From Sedimentisphaerales bacterium (GTDB lineage Bacteria; Planctomycetota; Phycisphaerae; Sedimentisphaerales; UBA12454): a stretch of 64,000 bases of DNA. The position numbers and the translations under genes are program-made. The notes beneath the pieces were generated by a model. It was given only the letters and a program-made list of their open reading frames with translations. It searched no databases and was not told the DNA's origin. The DNA lies in NCBI GenBank assembly GCA_049518795.1, contig JBEKRK010000002.1, positions 564,146-628,145 of the forward strand, in the 5' to 3' direction. This document shows, piece by piece, positions 56,262-64,000 of this stretch (position 1 is its first letter; each line of letters opens with the position of its first letter).

Positions 56262-58217
56262 TTACCTTGAGCCGCTGCCCGGCACTGTAAGCAGAATCTT
56301 AAGCGCTTCTTCGAGAGAATCTACGCTCTTATTTATTTCCTGCTTTGCCCATAATTCATCTGCCAAAGCGGCAAGGAGTTTAATATTAATTTTGAGAATC
56401 TTGCTGCGTTCCTTGACTGGCAATTTTATCGCCACCCGCGGTATCATTTGCATCGTCACCCGTTCAATTTTCATCGCATAGTTAAGGTCTTCGATTATGC
56501 CCTGCTTGATTTTAACGGTATCGGCGATGTCGCGTTTAAATATCTGCTGCTCTGTGCATTGATTGCCGTCGCAGAGAGGATAAATTGTAACACTCTTTGA
56601 AGCGGAAAAGCCTTCGTAATCGGCGTTAATAGTGCAGATTTCTTTTAACTGGTAAAGTCTTTCGGTTGATAACAGGCCGTTGGCGTCTATCAGGGCGAAC
56701 TCATCAGGAACAACTGTAAGATTTGCGTCGGCTGTTATGTTTTGACGTGAGCCGTCGTCATAATGACCGATGACCCGATACTGAGTGTCAGATTCCTCAG
56801 GCACGGAATTGGGGCCGGCAATTTCGATACTTTGCAAATTCGGTTCACCTTCAGCGTAAAGCTCGGCAACTTCATTCGCGTCAAGGGCGTAATTATAAAC
56901 GCGAACATCGTCAATCAGGCCGTCGAAATAATCGCTTGTTTGCGAGTCAACCAGCCAGGCGCCGATTCCCATAGGGCCGTCAGGAACGGTCGTGCCTGTG
57001 TTATAAGTAAAGGTGTTCGCAGCTCGCTGCACTCCGTCCAGATAAATACTCATTTGTGTATTATCGTAAACACAAACCACGTGATACCAGCTTCCGGCGG
57101 GCGCCGAGCCGTTAGGAGAAATGGCGTTTGTAGTGCCTTGATTAGATGACTCCGCTGCGAAATTAAAATGTCCTGATGCGGCGCCATAACCAAGCCAATA
57201 TCCAAAAGTGCCGTATTGTCTGTTAACTCTCATTTTGTCGATAATCCAGCCGGAGTGCTGAGTGCCTCTCGGTTTAACCCAGCAGGAAATTGTAAAACTG
57301 CTGTTTTTGTTAAACTCTAAGGCTGCATCGTTTGCATCGCTGATTTTAACATAGTCATCTATTCCATCGAGCAGTACGGCATTGCCGAATTTGCCTGCTG
57401 TCCGGGCAGCGCCATTCATCAATGTGCCGTTATGGCTGTCGGCACTGTCATAGGCCGTCAAGTCGTTGCTTTCGTCAAATTTCCAGTGAGCGACGGGATG
57501 GTCAATGTCCGATGCCGGCTGAATCTGATAAAGCTGTGCGACCTCGCCTGCGCTAAGGGCGTAATTATAAATCCTGACATCATCAATTAAACCTTTGAAA
57601 TAAGAAACTCCCACCCACGCTCCGATTGTCATATTGGAGGTTGGGTAAGTCGTGCCCGTGTCATAAGTAAATGTGCCCGTGTTGCTTAACACGCCATTGC
57701 TATAGATGCTCATCTGGGTATTATCATAAACAGCGACAATATGAGCCCATGTGTTGACAGGTACGCTAGTTGTTGAATCTATGTATGAAGCTCCTATATT
57801 GTGCGAATCAATCACGAAACGGTAAGTGTTTCTGTCGTGATCGCCCATAAAATAACCAAAACTGCCGGTTGTTCTTCCCAGTTTGGTAAGGAACCATTTG
57901 TTATCTTGTGATTTAATCCATAAAGAAATTGTAAATTTGCTGTTTTTGTTAAACTCTATTGCGGAATCATTTGCATCGCTGATTTGAACATAATCATCGA
58001 CGCCATCAAGTTGCACGGCGTTGCCGAATTTACCTGCTGTTCGAGTAACGCCGTTTATTAATGTGCCGTTGCATACTCCTGCACTGTCATAAGCTGTTGT
58101 GCCGGAGCTTTCGTCAAATGTCCAGTAAGCAACCGGATGATAAATGTCCGATGCCAATGTAAAAGTGCAGAAAGTTAAAAATATCGCAACTATAATTACT
58201 GATTGAAAAGTTTTCAT
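56262..58217 (-). CDS. secreted protein with two LamG (concanavalin A-like) domains and a C-terminal helical region
   Basis: SD ggagga before ATG 58217, then a signal peptide. Duplicated module LDGxDDYVxISDAND...FTIS.W...GLIDDVR(I/V)YNYAL...EVAxLY. Confidence 0.8.
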   Translation of the reverse strand: MKTFQSVIIVAIFLTFCTFTLASDIYHPVAYWTFDESSGTTAYDSAGVCNGTLINGVTRTAGKFGNAVQLDGVDDYVQISDANDSAIEFNKNSKFTISLWIKSQDNKWFLTKLGRTTGSFGYFMGDHDRNTYRFVIDSHNIGASYIDSTTSVPVNTWAHIVAVYDNTQMSIYSNGVLSNTGTFTYDTGTTYPTSNMTIGAWVGVSYFKGLIDDVRIYNYALSAGEVAQLYQIQPASDIDHPVAHWKFDESNDLTAYDSADSHNGTLMNGAARTAGKFGNAVLLDGIDDYVKISDANDAALEFNKNSSFTISCWVKPRGTQHSGWIIDKMRVNRQYGTFGYWLGYGAASGHFNFAAESSNQGTTNAISPNGSAPAGSWYHVVCVYDNTQMSIYLDGVQRAANTFTYNTGTTVPDGPMGIGAWLVDSQTSDYFDGLIDDVRVYNYALDANEVAELYAEGEPNLQSIEIAGPNSVPEESDTQYRVIGHYDDGSRQNITADANLTVVPDEFALIDANGLLSTERLYQLKEICTINADYEGFSASKSVTIYPLCDGNQCTEQQIFKRDIADTVKIKQGIIEDLNYAMKIERVTMQMIPRVAIKLPVKERSKILKINIKLLAALADELWAKQEINKSVDSLEEALKILLTVPGSGSR

Positions 58218-58393
58218 ATTTCCTCCATTTAAAAATATTGTTTTTTTCTCCAAAACTAAGTTTTCCGTCCCTGATGCCTGTAAGCCCTATATTATACCGC
58301 CTATTTTAGCAAAAACAAGGAAAATCATCATAATATATCTTTTTAAGGGGCCTAAAACAGGCTTTTTTGAGGTGAAATCGCGGATTTTTGGGT

Positions 58394-59152
58394 TTAGTCG
58401 CCTTTGTATCCAAGTTCTCTTTTGACTTGAGCAAAAAACACGGCTATAGGCTTTCGGCTCCTGCCGTTTTTGGATTCGACAGCCATATTGACGATTGTTT
58501 TGAAAATCTCCGGCTCGAATTTGCCCGCAGCGATATTGTTTTTAGCCCAGCCGACAAGGTTGCGAATCGCTGTAGTATCCGATGTTGTCCTGCCTTTGAA
58601 TATGCCGCAAAGTATGTCGTAAATTCTGAATCTTAGAGTTTCCAGTTCCGCGGTTGTAATCGCGGCGAGTCGAGCCGAAGACATAAGAGATTGAAATTGC
58701 GAGTCATTCGTATTCGAATGATTATTACTTTCAGTTCCTTCGCTTCGATTCATTTCGCTTCGCTTTACTTGGCGATTGTCCGGCGATCGCTGTGCAATCG
58801 CTGTGCGATGATTTCTCCATCGTTCATCATTTCCTTTAACGCCTTTTTCAGACTGGGCTTGCAAAAATTGTTTCGCTTTGTCAAGCTCGGCTATGACTCT
58901 TTTGTGCGTTATTGTGTTGTTTCTCACAATAAATTTCGGCCTGATAAATTCCCAGGCCTTTTCAAAGTTTTCGCAGTTGCAGAGATGCTTCAGGGTCTCG
59001 ATATTTAAAGGCAGTCTGCCATTGTTTTCATAGAGGTAAAAAATCAGTGAGCAGTAAACGCCTCTTTCTTCAGCGTTCATAGCCTGAAAGACAAGGTCGG
59101 AAAGAAAAGCTCCCGATTCAAGCGATACATATTGTATTTTTTTGTGTCTCAT
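58394..59152 (-). CDS. DUF1376-like phage/plasmid replication-associated protein
   Basis: N-terminal FLSDLVFQAMNAEERGVYCSLIFYLYENNGRLP matches the DUF1376 pattern as I recall it. GGAGG lies 5 nt before ATG 59152; the track ORF begins at 59164. Confidence 0.55.
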   Translation of the reverse strand: MRHKKIQYVSLESGAFLSDLVFQAMNAEERGVYCSLIFYLYENNGRLPLNIETLKHLCNCENFEKAWEFIRPKFIVRNNTITHKRVIAELDKAKQFLQAQSEKGVKGNDERWRNHRTAIAQRSPDNRQVKRSEMNRSEGTESNNHSNTNDSQFQSLMSSARLAAITTAELETLRFRIYDILCGIFKGRTTSDTTAIRNLVGWAKNNIAAGKFEPEIFKTIVNMAVESKNGRSRKPIAVFFAQVKRELGYKGD

Positions 59153-59164
59153 ATTTGCCTCCAT

Positions 59165-59270
59165 TCTGATTTCGTTTATCGGTTACGGTTACGATGCTCG
59201 TTTCGTCTGTCGTATTACGTTTTACGTAACCGACACGAGCCGCGTAACCGCCGCCGTATTACTTTTTCTG
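59165..59270. repeat. iteron-like cluster (CGGTTACG x2 direct, CGTAACCG x2 inverted, CGTATTAC x2)
   Basis: tttatcggttacggttacgatgctcg...cgtattacgttttacgtaaccgacacgagccgcgtaaccgccgccgtattac, between the ParB-like and DUF1376-like genes. Confidence 0.6.
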
Positions 59271-59903
59271 TTAATGTGAATATAAGTATTGTTGTGCGAC
59301 TGCTGTTATTGCGTTAGCTAATTTTTCAGATTTACCCGCTCCATTACTGTCGCGGCTCTGTTGCATTGCCTTTTCAAGAGCGGCCTCGACAATTTTTATC
59401 TGCTCATCATTCAAAAAGAAAACCAGCGTATTTAAAAATGCCTTCGTGTCATCTTCAGACAGCGGCAGCGATTTTGTTATGTCTTTTAGTCTTTCAATAG
59501 CTGATTTTGTGTCAGGCAGCAGTTTGGCCAATTCCTTGCTGCTGAATTTTTCAGAAAGACTCTTTATCAGCTCTGCTTTAAGACTTAGTTCATCTTTTCC
59601 GCTGAGCCTGTTTAATGTCGCAAGAAGCACTCTTGCCTGGTCGTCATCAATATTCCAGATAACGCAGTCAGCGAATGTTTCGCCAAGCTGGCGAAGGGCA
59701 TCAGCCCTGTGATGGCCGTTGATGATTTGAAAATGATTTTCAGTTTCAGGATGACTGCGGACAATCAGCGGCTCATAGTTATGGGATTGTTTGATATGGC
59801 GTTTGAGTTTTTCAAACGTCTGTTTGCTCATCTTGTTGGGGTTTTCCGGATGAGGCAGCAGCTTGTCCAGAGGTATTCGAATAATTGTTGTTTGGTTTTG
59901 CAT
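59271..59903 (-). CDS. ParB-like nuclease domain protein
   Basis: IPLDKLLPHPENPNKMS...PLIV...FQIINGHHRADAL (ParB/Srx fold motifs). Confidence 0.75.
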   Translation of the reverse strand: MQNQTTIIRIPLDKLLPHPENPNKMSKQTFEKLKRHIKQSHNYEPLIVRSHPETENHFQIINGHHRADALRQLGETFADCVIWNIDDDQARVLLATLNRLSGKDELSLKAELIKSLSEKFSSKELAKLLPDTKSAIERLKDITKSLPLSEDDTKAFLNTLVFFLNDEQIKIVEAALEKAMQQSRDSNGAGKSEKLANAITAVAQQYLYSH

Positions 59904-60025
59904 AAGGAATTCCTTTTATTTAAAATTGAAGATTGAAAATTTGAATTTGACTTATATTTTGTTATGAGGTAGAGTGAATTTATGAATGACGAGAGGTTAA
60001 TTGCGTTTTTGAAGGGAACGGAAAA

Positions 60026-60439
60026 ATGAATGATATTTATTGTTCTTCTTTATCCGGAGTATTGGCACATGGTGTCGATATGAATGCCGGTAGCGGAATA
60101 AGCCTTTTAGTCGTAATGTCTATTATTGTATTCATGCTTTTGATATGTAAAAATGATGTCAAAATGCCAAAAGGATTATTTGTTTCTTCTATAATTCCCT
60201 ATGTGTTAGTATTAATTTGTATTCTTCATTTCTCCTTTGAACTTCAGATTCCCAAAATAATAGGGTATCCTTGTTTTGCGGCAGTATGTTATCCGAGTTT
60301 CTTTCTTATTTTCATATTTGGTATGGGAGGCATCTTCTTTCTGGGTGCATTTATCATAGATACATTGATTATCTTTGGGATAATAAGGCTGATTTTATAT
60401 ATCAAGGGCAAGATTAAAGCTAAAAATCAGGCGGTTTGA
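60026..60439 (+). CDS. small AT-rich integral membrane protein (4 predicted TM helices)
   Basis: 137-aa ORF, very hydrophobic, visibly lower GC than its neighbours, followed by a strong terminator. Confidence 0.55.
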   Translation: MNDIYCSSLSGVLAHGVDMNAGSGISLLVVMSIIVFMLLICKNDVKMPKGLFVSSIIPYVLVLICILHFSFELQIPKIIGYPCFAAVCYPSFFLIFIFGMGGIFFLGAFIIDTLIIFGIIRLILYIKGKIKAKNQAV

Positions 60440-60467
60440 TTATTTATTATAGACAGAGTTTTTAAAA

Positions 60468-60491
60468 GGCCGGCCATACGCCGGCCTTTTT
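60468..60491. terminator. bidirectional intrinsic terminator
   Basis: aaaaggccggc-catac-gccggcc-ttttt between convergent genes. Confidence 0.7.
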
Positions 60492-60537
60492 GTTTGTCTA
60501 ATTCTCATATTAACTTGTAAAAAAACAGTTTTGAGTT

Positions 60538-61281
60538 TTAAGTTAATTTCAAATCACAGGCGGTATTTCGCCAGAGATAGTAAACCGGCCGTTCAGACAA
60601 TCTGCTGATAAAGAATTCCGTTCTTTCGAGGCTGTCGTGCATAAATCTTGCCCTTCTGCCGTAAGCGGCGAGGAAATCCGTTATCTGCTTTTCAACGAAT
60701 TTCTTTGCCTTATGATTGAGACTTTGAAGTTTATTATGTGTCTTTTCGATATCGACGAGGTCAGTCTCTTCAATGCCGATTGCGCTTAGAGCCTGGCAAA
60801 GTTTAACGCTGCGCAGAGGCTGGGGGCATTCGAATTTCATCATTCCAGCTTTTTCAAAGAATGGATTGACTTTGCCCATTACCGCAAGAGCCTCGATATA
60901 AGGCATATTCAGCATCGGCATAGTTTTTTTGACGAGCTGATAGGAAAGCCCCAAAGCCCTGTATCTTGGCTCGATAACGACCCTGCTTATCGTGCGGATG
61001 TTGTTGTTTACAAGCTGCATATTAGCGTTTGCAGAGCCTAATTTTGTAAACAGTCCTTGTGTCGCGATGTTGCGAAGCTGCACAGCACAGGCAGGCATTG
61101 AATAAATGATTATGCCGACGACAGGGGCGATTTGTTCTCTCATCGGATGGGTGTCGATGATTTTGTAAACCGCCGCGATAGGTCCTGTTTGGCTTTGGCG
61201 ATAATGAAAACGAGCCAATGGTTTATAATCGGCGATTGTGCCGGGAACAATCTTCAGGTATTTTTTTATTGTGCAATTCAT
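60538..61281 (-). CDS. GNAT-fold-like protein (function unknown)
   Basis: ISRVVIEPRYRALGLSYQLVKK resembles GNAT motif A (beta4-alpha3, R/QxxGxG/A-like). Third gene of a tight operon. Confidence 0.5.
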   Translation of the reverse strand: MNCTIKKYLKIVPGTIADYKPLARFHYRQSQTGPIAAVYKIIDTHPMREQIAPVVGIIIYSMPACAVQLRNIATQGLFTKLGSANANMQLVNNNIRTISRVVIEPRYRALGLSYQLVKKTMPMLNMPYIEALAVMGKVNPFFEKAGMMKFECPQPLRSVKLCQALSAIGIEETDLVDIEKTHNKLQSLNHKAKKFVEKQITDFLAAYGRRARFMHDSLERTEFFISRLSERPVYYLWRNTACDLKLT

Positions 61282-61287
61282 AAGTGA

Positions 61288-62088
61288 TTACTCCGCTATG
61301 GGATGGCTTACGCCACTCGGATTCTTGTAAATTACCTCAGCTTCGCCTGCCAGATGCTTTATGACGATTACATCCGGCAGCAAGTCAACCAGCAGGTCAT
61401 CGTGTGAGCTTGCGAGGACAAAGATTTTGCCGGTTTTTGTCGCGAATTTACGCAGGTTATAGCTGATAATCGCTGCTGTTACACGGTCGAGATTGCTGCA
61501 GAACTCATCGGCGAAGATAAATTGTTTATCGCTTGTAATAGCCTTTGCTATGCGGTATCTGTATTTTTGTCCTTCACTTAAGTTGGCGGGAGAATTGAGA
61601 ACGCAAAAGACATCTGTCAGACCCGCGCAGCTTAAATTTCTAAGCGTTTCAAGAACCCCGCACCTATTGTCCTGTTTCGTCCCCAACCCAAAATCATTTC
61701 GATTGCCATTTGTTGAATCAGTTGTTTCTTGGTTTTGGCACTGTGCAATAGGTGTGGGGTCGATGCAGTCAACGCAGGTTTTGTCATCGGGCAGGGGAAT
61801 ATCATCAATGTTGATTTTTTCACCGCCGGCAAAAGTGTTATAAAATTCTCTTAGCAGAACGCTTTTTCCGCTGCCGGAAGGGCCGGTGATGTAGGCAATT
61901 TGACCGGACGACAGTTTAATATCGCATTGATGCGTAATGGCGTTGTTTTTTAGTCTTTGAACCGTTATTCCAAAGGCTCGCAGGACGTCCGCGACTTTTT
62001 CAGTGACAGGCAGATTCCAATCGAATTTTTTGTCCGCCTTAAGCGAGACCTCGCCAAGAGGCGGGTTGGCAGATAATATTGTAATCAT
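61288..62088 (-). CDS. soluble ABC-type ATPase (no transmembrane partner nearby)
   Basis: Walker A GPSGSGKS, signature LSEGQKYR, Walker B FIFADEF, D-loop SNLD, H-loop SSHD. Codons 8-18 are encoded by a family-1 repeat. Confidence 0.75.
   Translation of the reverse strand: MITILSANPPLGEVSLKADKKFDWNLPVTEKVADVLRAFGITVQRLKNNAITHQCDIKLSSGQIAYITGPSGSGKSVLLREFYNTFAGGEKINIDDIPLPDDKTCVDCIDPTPIAQCQNQETTDSTNGNRNDFGLGTKQDNRCGVLETLRNLSCAGLTDVFCVLNSPANLSEGQKYRYRIAKAITSDKQFIFADEFCSNLDRVTAAIISYNLRKFATKTGKIFVLASSHDDLLVDLLPDVIVIKHLAGEAEVIYKNPSGVSHPIAE
62034..62065. repeat. family-1 palindromic repeat, intragenic
   Basis: ccgccttaagcgagacctcgccaagaggcggg, translated on the minus strand as PPLGEVSLKAD. Confidence 0.8.
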
Positions 62089-62459
62089 AAATTCCTCATT
62101 TGCCTGATAATTTTTTTTATTCTGTAAATAGATAAACCGGTATTTTCCGAGATTGCTCTTGAGCTCAATCTGTTAAGAAAGTAGTTTCTGATTGCTTCCA
62201 TTTTTTCCGGCGGCACATCATTGTTCCGCGACAAGACAGCGGCAAAGTTGCCGCTGCTGATAAGCCAGGCGATTTTTTTTAGTCTCCTTGCGACGGTTGC
62301 TTCATTGACATTTGCCATTTTTGCGAGGAATCTGTAGTTCGGCGTGGTTTGAAAAAGCCTTACAAGTGTTCTTTGCTCCAGACTGAGCATATCAATCCTT
62401 GTCGTGAATACCTCGAAAAGGTCCAGAAGCTCTTTTTTGGATAAATCGTTTGTATTCAT
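62085..62459 (-). CDS. small protein with two sigma-70 region-4/LuxR-like HTH motifs
   Basis: LSLEQRTLVRLF...FLAKMANVNEATVARRLKKI and SSRAISENTGLSIYRIKKIIRQM. ATGA overlap with the ATPase gene. Confidence 0.6.
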   Translation of the reverse strand: MNTNDLSKKELLDLFEVFTTRIDMLSLEQRTLVRLFQTTPNYRFLAKMANVNEATVARRLKKIAWLISSGNFAAVLSRNNDVPPEKMEAIRNYFLNRLSSRAISENTGLSIYRIKKIIRQMRNL

Positions 62460-62511
62460 AAAAAATCCACAAATACGTTAATTAAGTTTATCATATATCT
62501 AATATATAATT

Positions 62512-62539
62512 ATTTTAACGTTTTGTATTAAAAATGCAA
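62512..62539 (-). promoter_or_regulatory. promoter candidate for the HTH-ATPase-GNAT operon (TTGCAT-N16-TAAAAT)
   Basis: The minus strand reads ttgcat (62539-62534) and taaaat (62517-62512). Confidence 0.35.
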
Positions 62540-62754
62540 GGAAAATCTGGAAAATTTTGCAAATTTTTTTATATTTTCACTAAATATCTAACAACAAAGA
62601 GGTTATAATAGGGGCGAAAACAAGAAAATTTATAAATAAGCAATTTTTTCTGAATTTTTCTTGCTCTATTATGGGACGACCATATAATCAGAATTGCTGT
62701 TGGGAGCAGTGGGAGAAACTTAAGCAAGCGGATTTTATATATAGGGAATAAGTT

Positions 62755-63165
62755 ATGAAGACGTTATTGAGTATTATTGCAGTTTGTATTTCTATAATTA
62801 TATTTTCTCCCGTATCCGCCAGCGTTGTTCCTGTGTCTGACCAGATTGCCTGGGGATGGAATGAACATAGCGACAAGGTATGTGTTGTTGAGCGGACGCA
62901 GTCAACTTTTAATTCAGGCGCGATAATAGGTGTTGATTCCGGCACAAGCGGCTTTATTAAAAAGATATGGGTTGAGGCATCGGCCCAGTCTCCGTCTGAA
63001 AACAGCTTAAACATCTGCTATCAGGCTTGCCGCATCTCATTCTCGCCGGGAAACAAACCTGTGGATGTAAACTTCAGCATTACAATGAAAACTACCGTTG
63101 ACAGCGTGCTGTATTATGCTATCGGTGCTGGTTCAGTCAATCCAATTCACGTCGAGCTATTCTAA
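62755..63165 (+). CDS. small secreted protein, function unknown
   Basis: Signal peptide MKTLLSIIAVCISIIIFSPVSA; followed by a terminator. Confidence 0.6.
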   Translation: MKTLLSIIAVCISIIIFSPVSASVVPVSDQIAWGWNEHSDKVCVVERTQSTFNSGAIIGVDSGTSGFIKKIWVEASAQSPSENSLNICYQACRISFSPGNKPVDVNFSITMKTTVDSVLYYAIGAGSVNPIHVELF

Positions 63166-63198
63166 GTAAAAAGTAATATATTTATCAGCACATTAAAA

Positions 63199-63225
63199 AG
63201 CCCTGTTTTACAACAGGGCTTTTTT
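63199..63225 (+). terminator. intrinsic terminator
   Basis: agccctgt-tttaca-acagggct followed by tttttt. Confidence 0.7.
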
Positions 63226-63487
63226 GTTTTCGATAATCCGGCGAAGGTCCATATAAATTTTGGAAAAATTAAAATATTTTTCTTCTTCAGTCCGGTAAAA
63301 CAAAGCTTTGAACGCAGCACTATCAATTTCAAAAAAAAATTGTCAATTTATGGTTGACGAGGCAAAAATTTCCAAATCAAACTGCTATAATCAATATACA
63401 CACAATAGGGACGGAAGATATAGGGGCGGATTCAAAGCGCTGTTAAAAGGAAAACCATAAGAAGTTTGTTTATTTGGAGAGAAAAGA

Positions 63488-64000
63488 ATGAAGAAGTTAG
63501 CAGTAGTTTTAATTTTGGCAGGTTTGGCCTGCACAGCAAGTGCAACGATTCTTGGCACTGTAAACATTCAGAATCACAACAATAATCTTTCTGACACAGG
63601 CAATCTCTGGGGCGGCGGCCTTTCCGGCGGACTCTACTACACGGGCGTTTATTCGTGGACCAACGCAGGCGGCAGCGGTTTGGGTTTGCAGGTTCCTAAT
63701 TGGGGCTTCTGTATAGAATTGACTCAGGAACCATATACCGGCTGGCAGAATGTTATTTCCCTAGATGCGGCGCCTCAGCCTGTTACGGCTGTTACGCCAA
63801 TGGGACTTACCAAAACCAACTATATTCGTGAGCTTTGGGGCAGGGATTTTGACCCCACCTGGGCAACTGGCGCAAACAGACAAATGGCAGAAGCCTTCGG
63901 TGCCTGTTTATGGGAGATTGTTTATGAAACCGATCCCACCTGGGATGTTACGAGTAGTGCAGGTTTCCATGCTACAATCGAACAAGCTGCCACTGCCAAT
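63488..64000 (+). CDS. secreted protein, N-terminal 171 codons only (runs off window; likely another exosortase-type surface protein)
   Basis: Own translation: MKKLAVVLILAGLACTASATILGTVNIQNHNNN...FCIELTQEPYTGW...AEAFGACLWEIVYETDPTW. SD ggagag. No stop before the window end. Confidence 0.7.
   Translation, partial: MKKLAVVLILAGLACTASATILGTVNIQNHNNNLSDTGNLWGGGLSGGLYYTGVYSWTNAGGSGLGLQVPNWGFCIELTQEPYTGWQNVISLDAAPQPVTAVTPMGLTKTNYIRELWGRDFDPTWATGANRQMAEAFGACLWEIVYETDPTWDVTSSAGFHATIEQAATAN

Noticed and set aside
63700-63940. FCIELTQ ... AFGACLWEIVYE in the partial last gene resembles the Cys and TQxA(I/V)W motifs of thioester (TED) adhesin domains.
   Set aside because: The Gln position is Gly here, the spacing (~70 aa) is shorter than in known TEDs as I recall them, and the gene is truncated by the window. 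The evidence is too weak to claim.

Overview
This is a 64-kb chromosomal segment, most likely from a PVC-superphylum bacterium (Planctomycetota/Phycisphaerae-like). That placement is my inference from 16 PEP-CTERM proteins, a prepilin-type pseudopilin, LamG proteins, a dockerin-tailed glycosidase and a 1165-aa SecA. All functional calls come from motif recognition by eye; no database search or folding was possible.

Housekeeping backbone:
- Translation, secretion and repair: rluD, tyrS, secA, pcm, recG, RNase P RNA.
- Metabolism and redox: class I fumarate hydratase-type hydrolyase (partial), citrate synthase, trxB-like, arsC, HI0933-type flavoprotein, ackA.
- Cofactor synthesis and transport: nadB, bioD, bioA, MATE exporter.

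Accessory content:
- A 12.5-kb island of 13 PEP-CTERM genes (7.2-19.7 kb) and a second trio (45.0-47.1 kb).
- A HEPN/nucleotidyltransferase pair and a CBM-propeller-GH30-dockerin enzyme.
- Scattered phage-derived genes: split terminase large subunit, TerS-like HTH, DUF1376-like and ParB-like genes.

The most unusual feature is colonisation by at least five families of short palindromic repeats.
- They sit between genes and also in-frame inside conserved genes: rluD, pcm, the flavoprotein (three copies), an ackA paralog, a pseudopilin leader and an ABC-type ATPase.
- They donate stop and start codons and sit at the break of the terminase gene.
- They appear to make up helices P9 and P12 of RNase P RNA.

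Two candidate uncharacterised modules stand out:
- An HTH / soluble ABC-ATPase / GNAT-like operon (60.5-62.5 kb).
- An operon of ackA, a degenerate ackA paralog and a degenerate FolE2-like gene (36.8-39.9 kb).

I saw no rRNA, tRNA, CRISPR array, integrase, transposase or exosortase.
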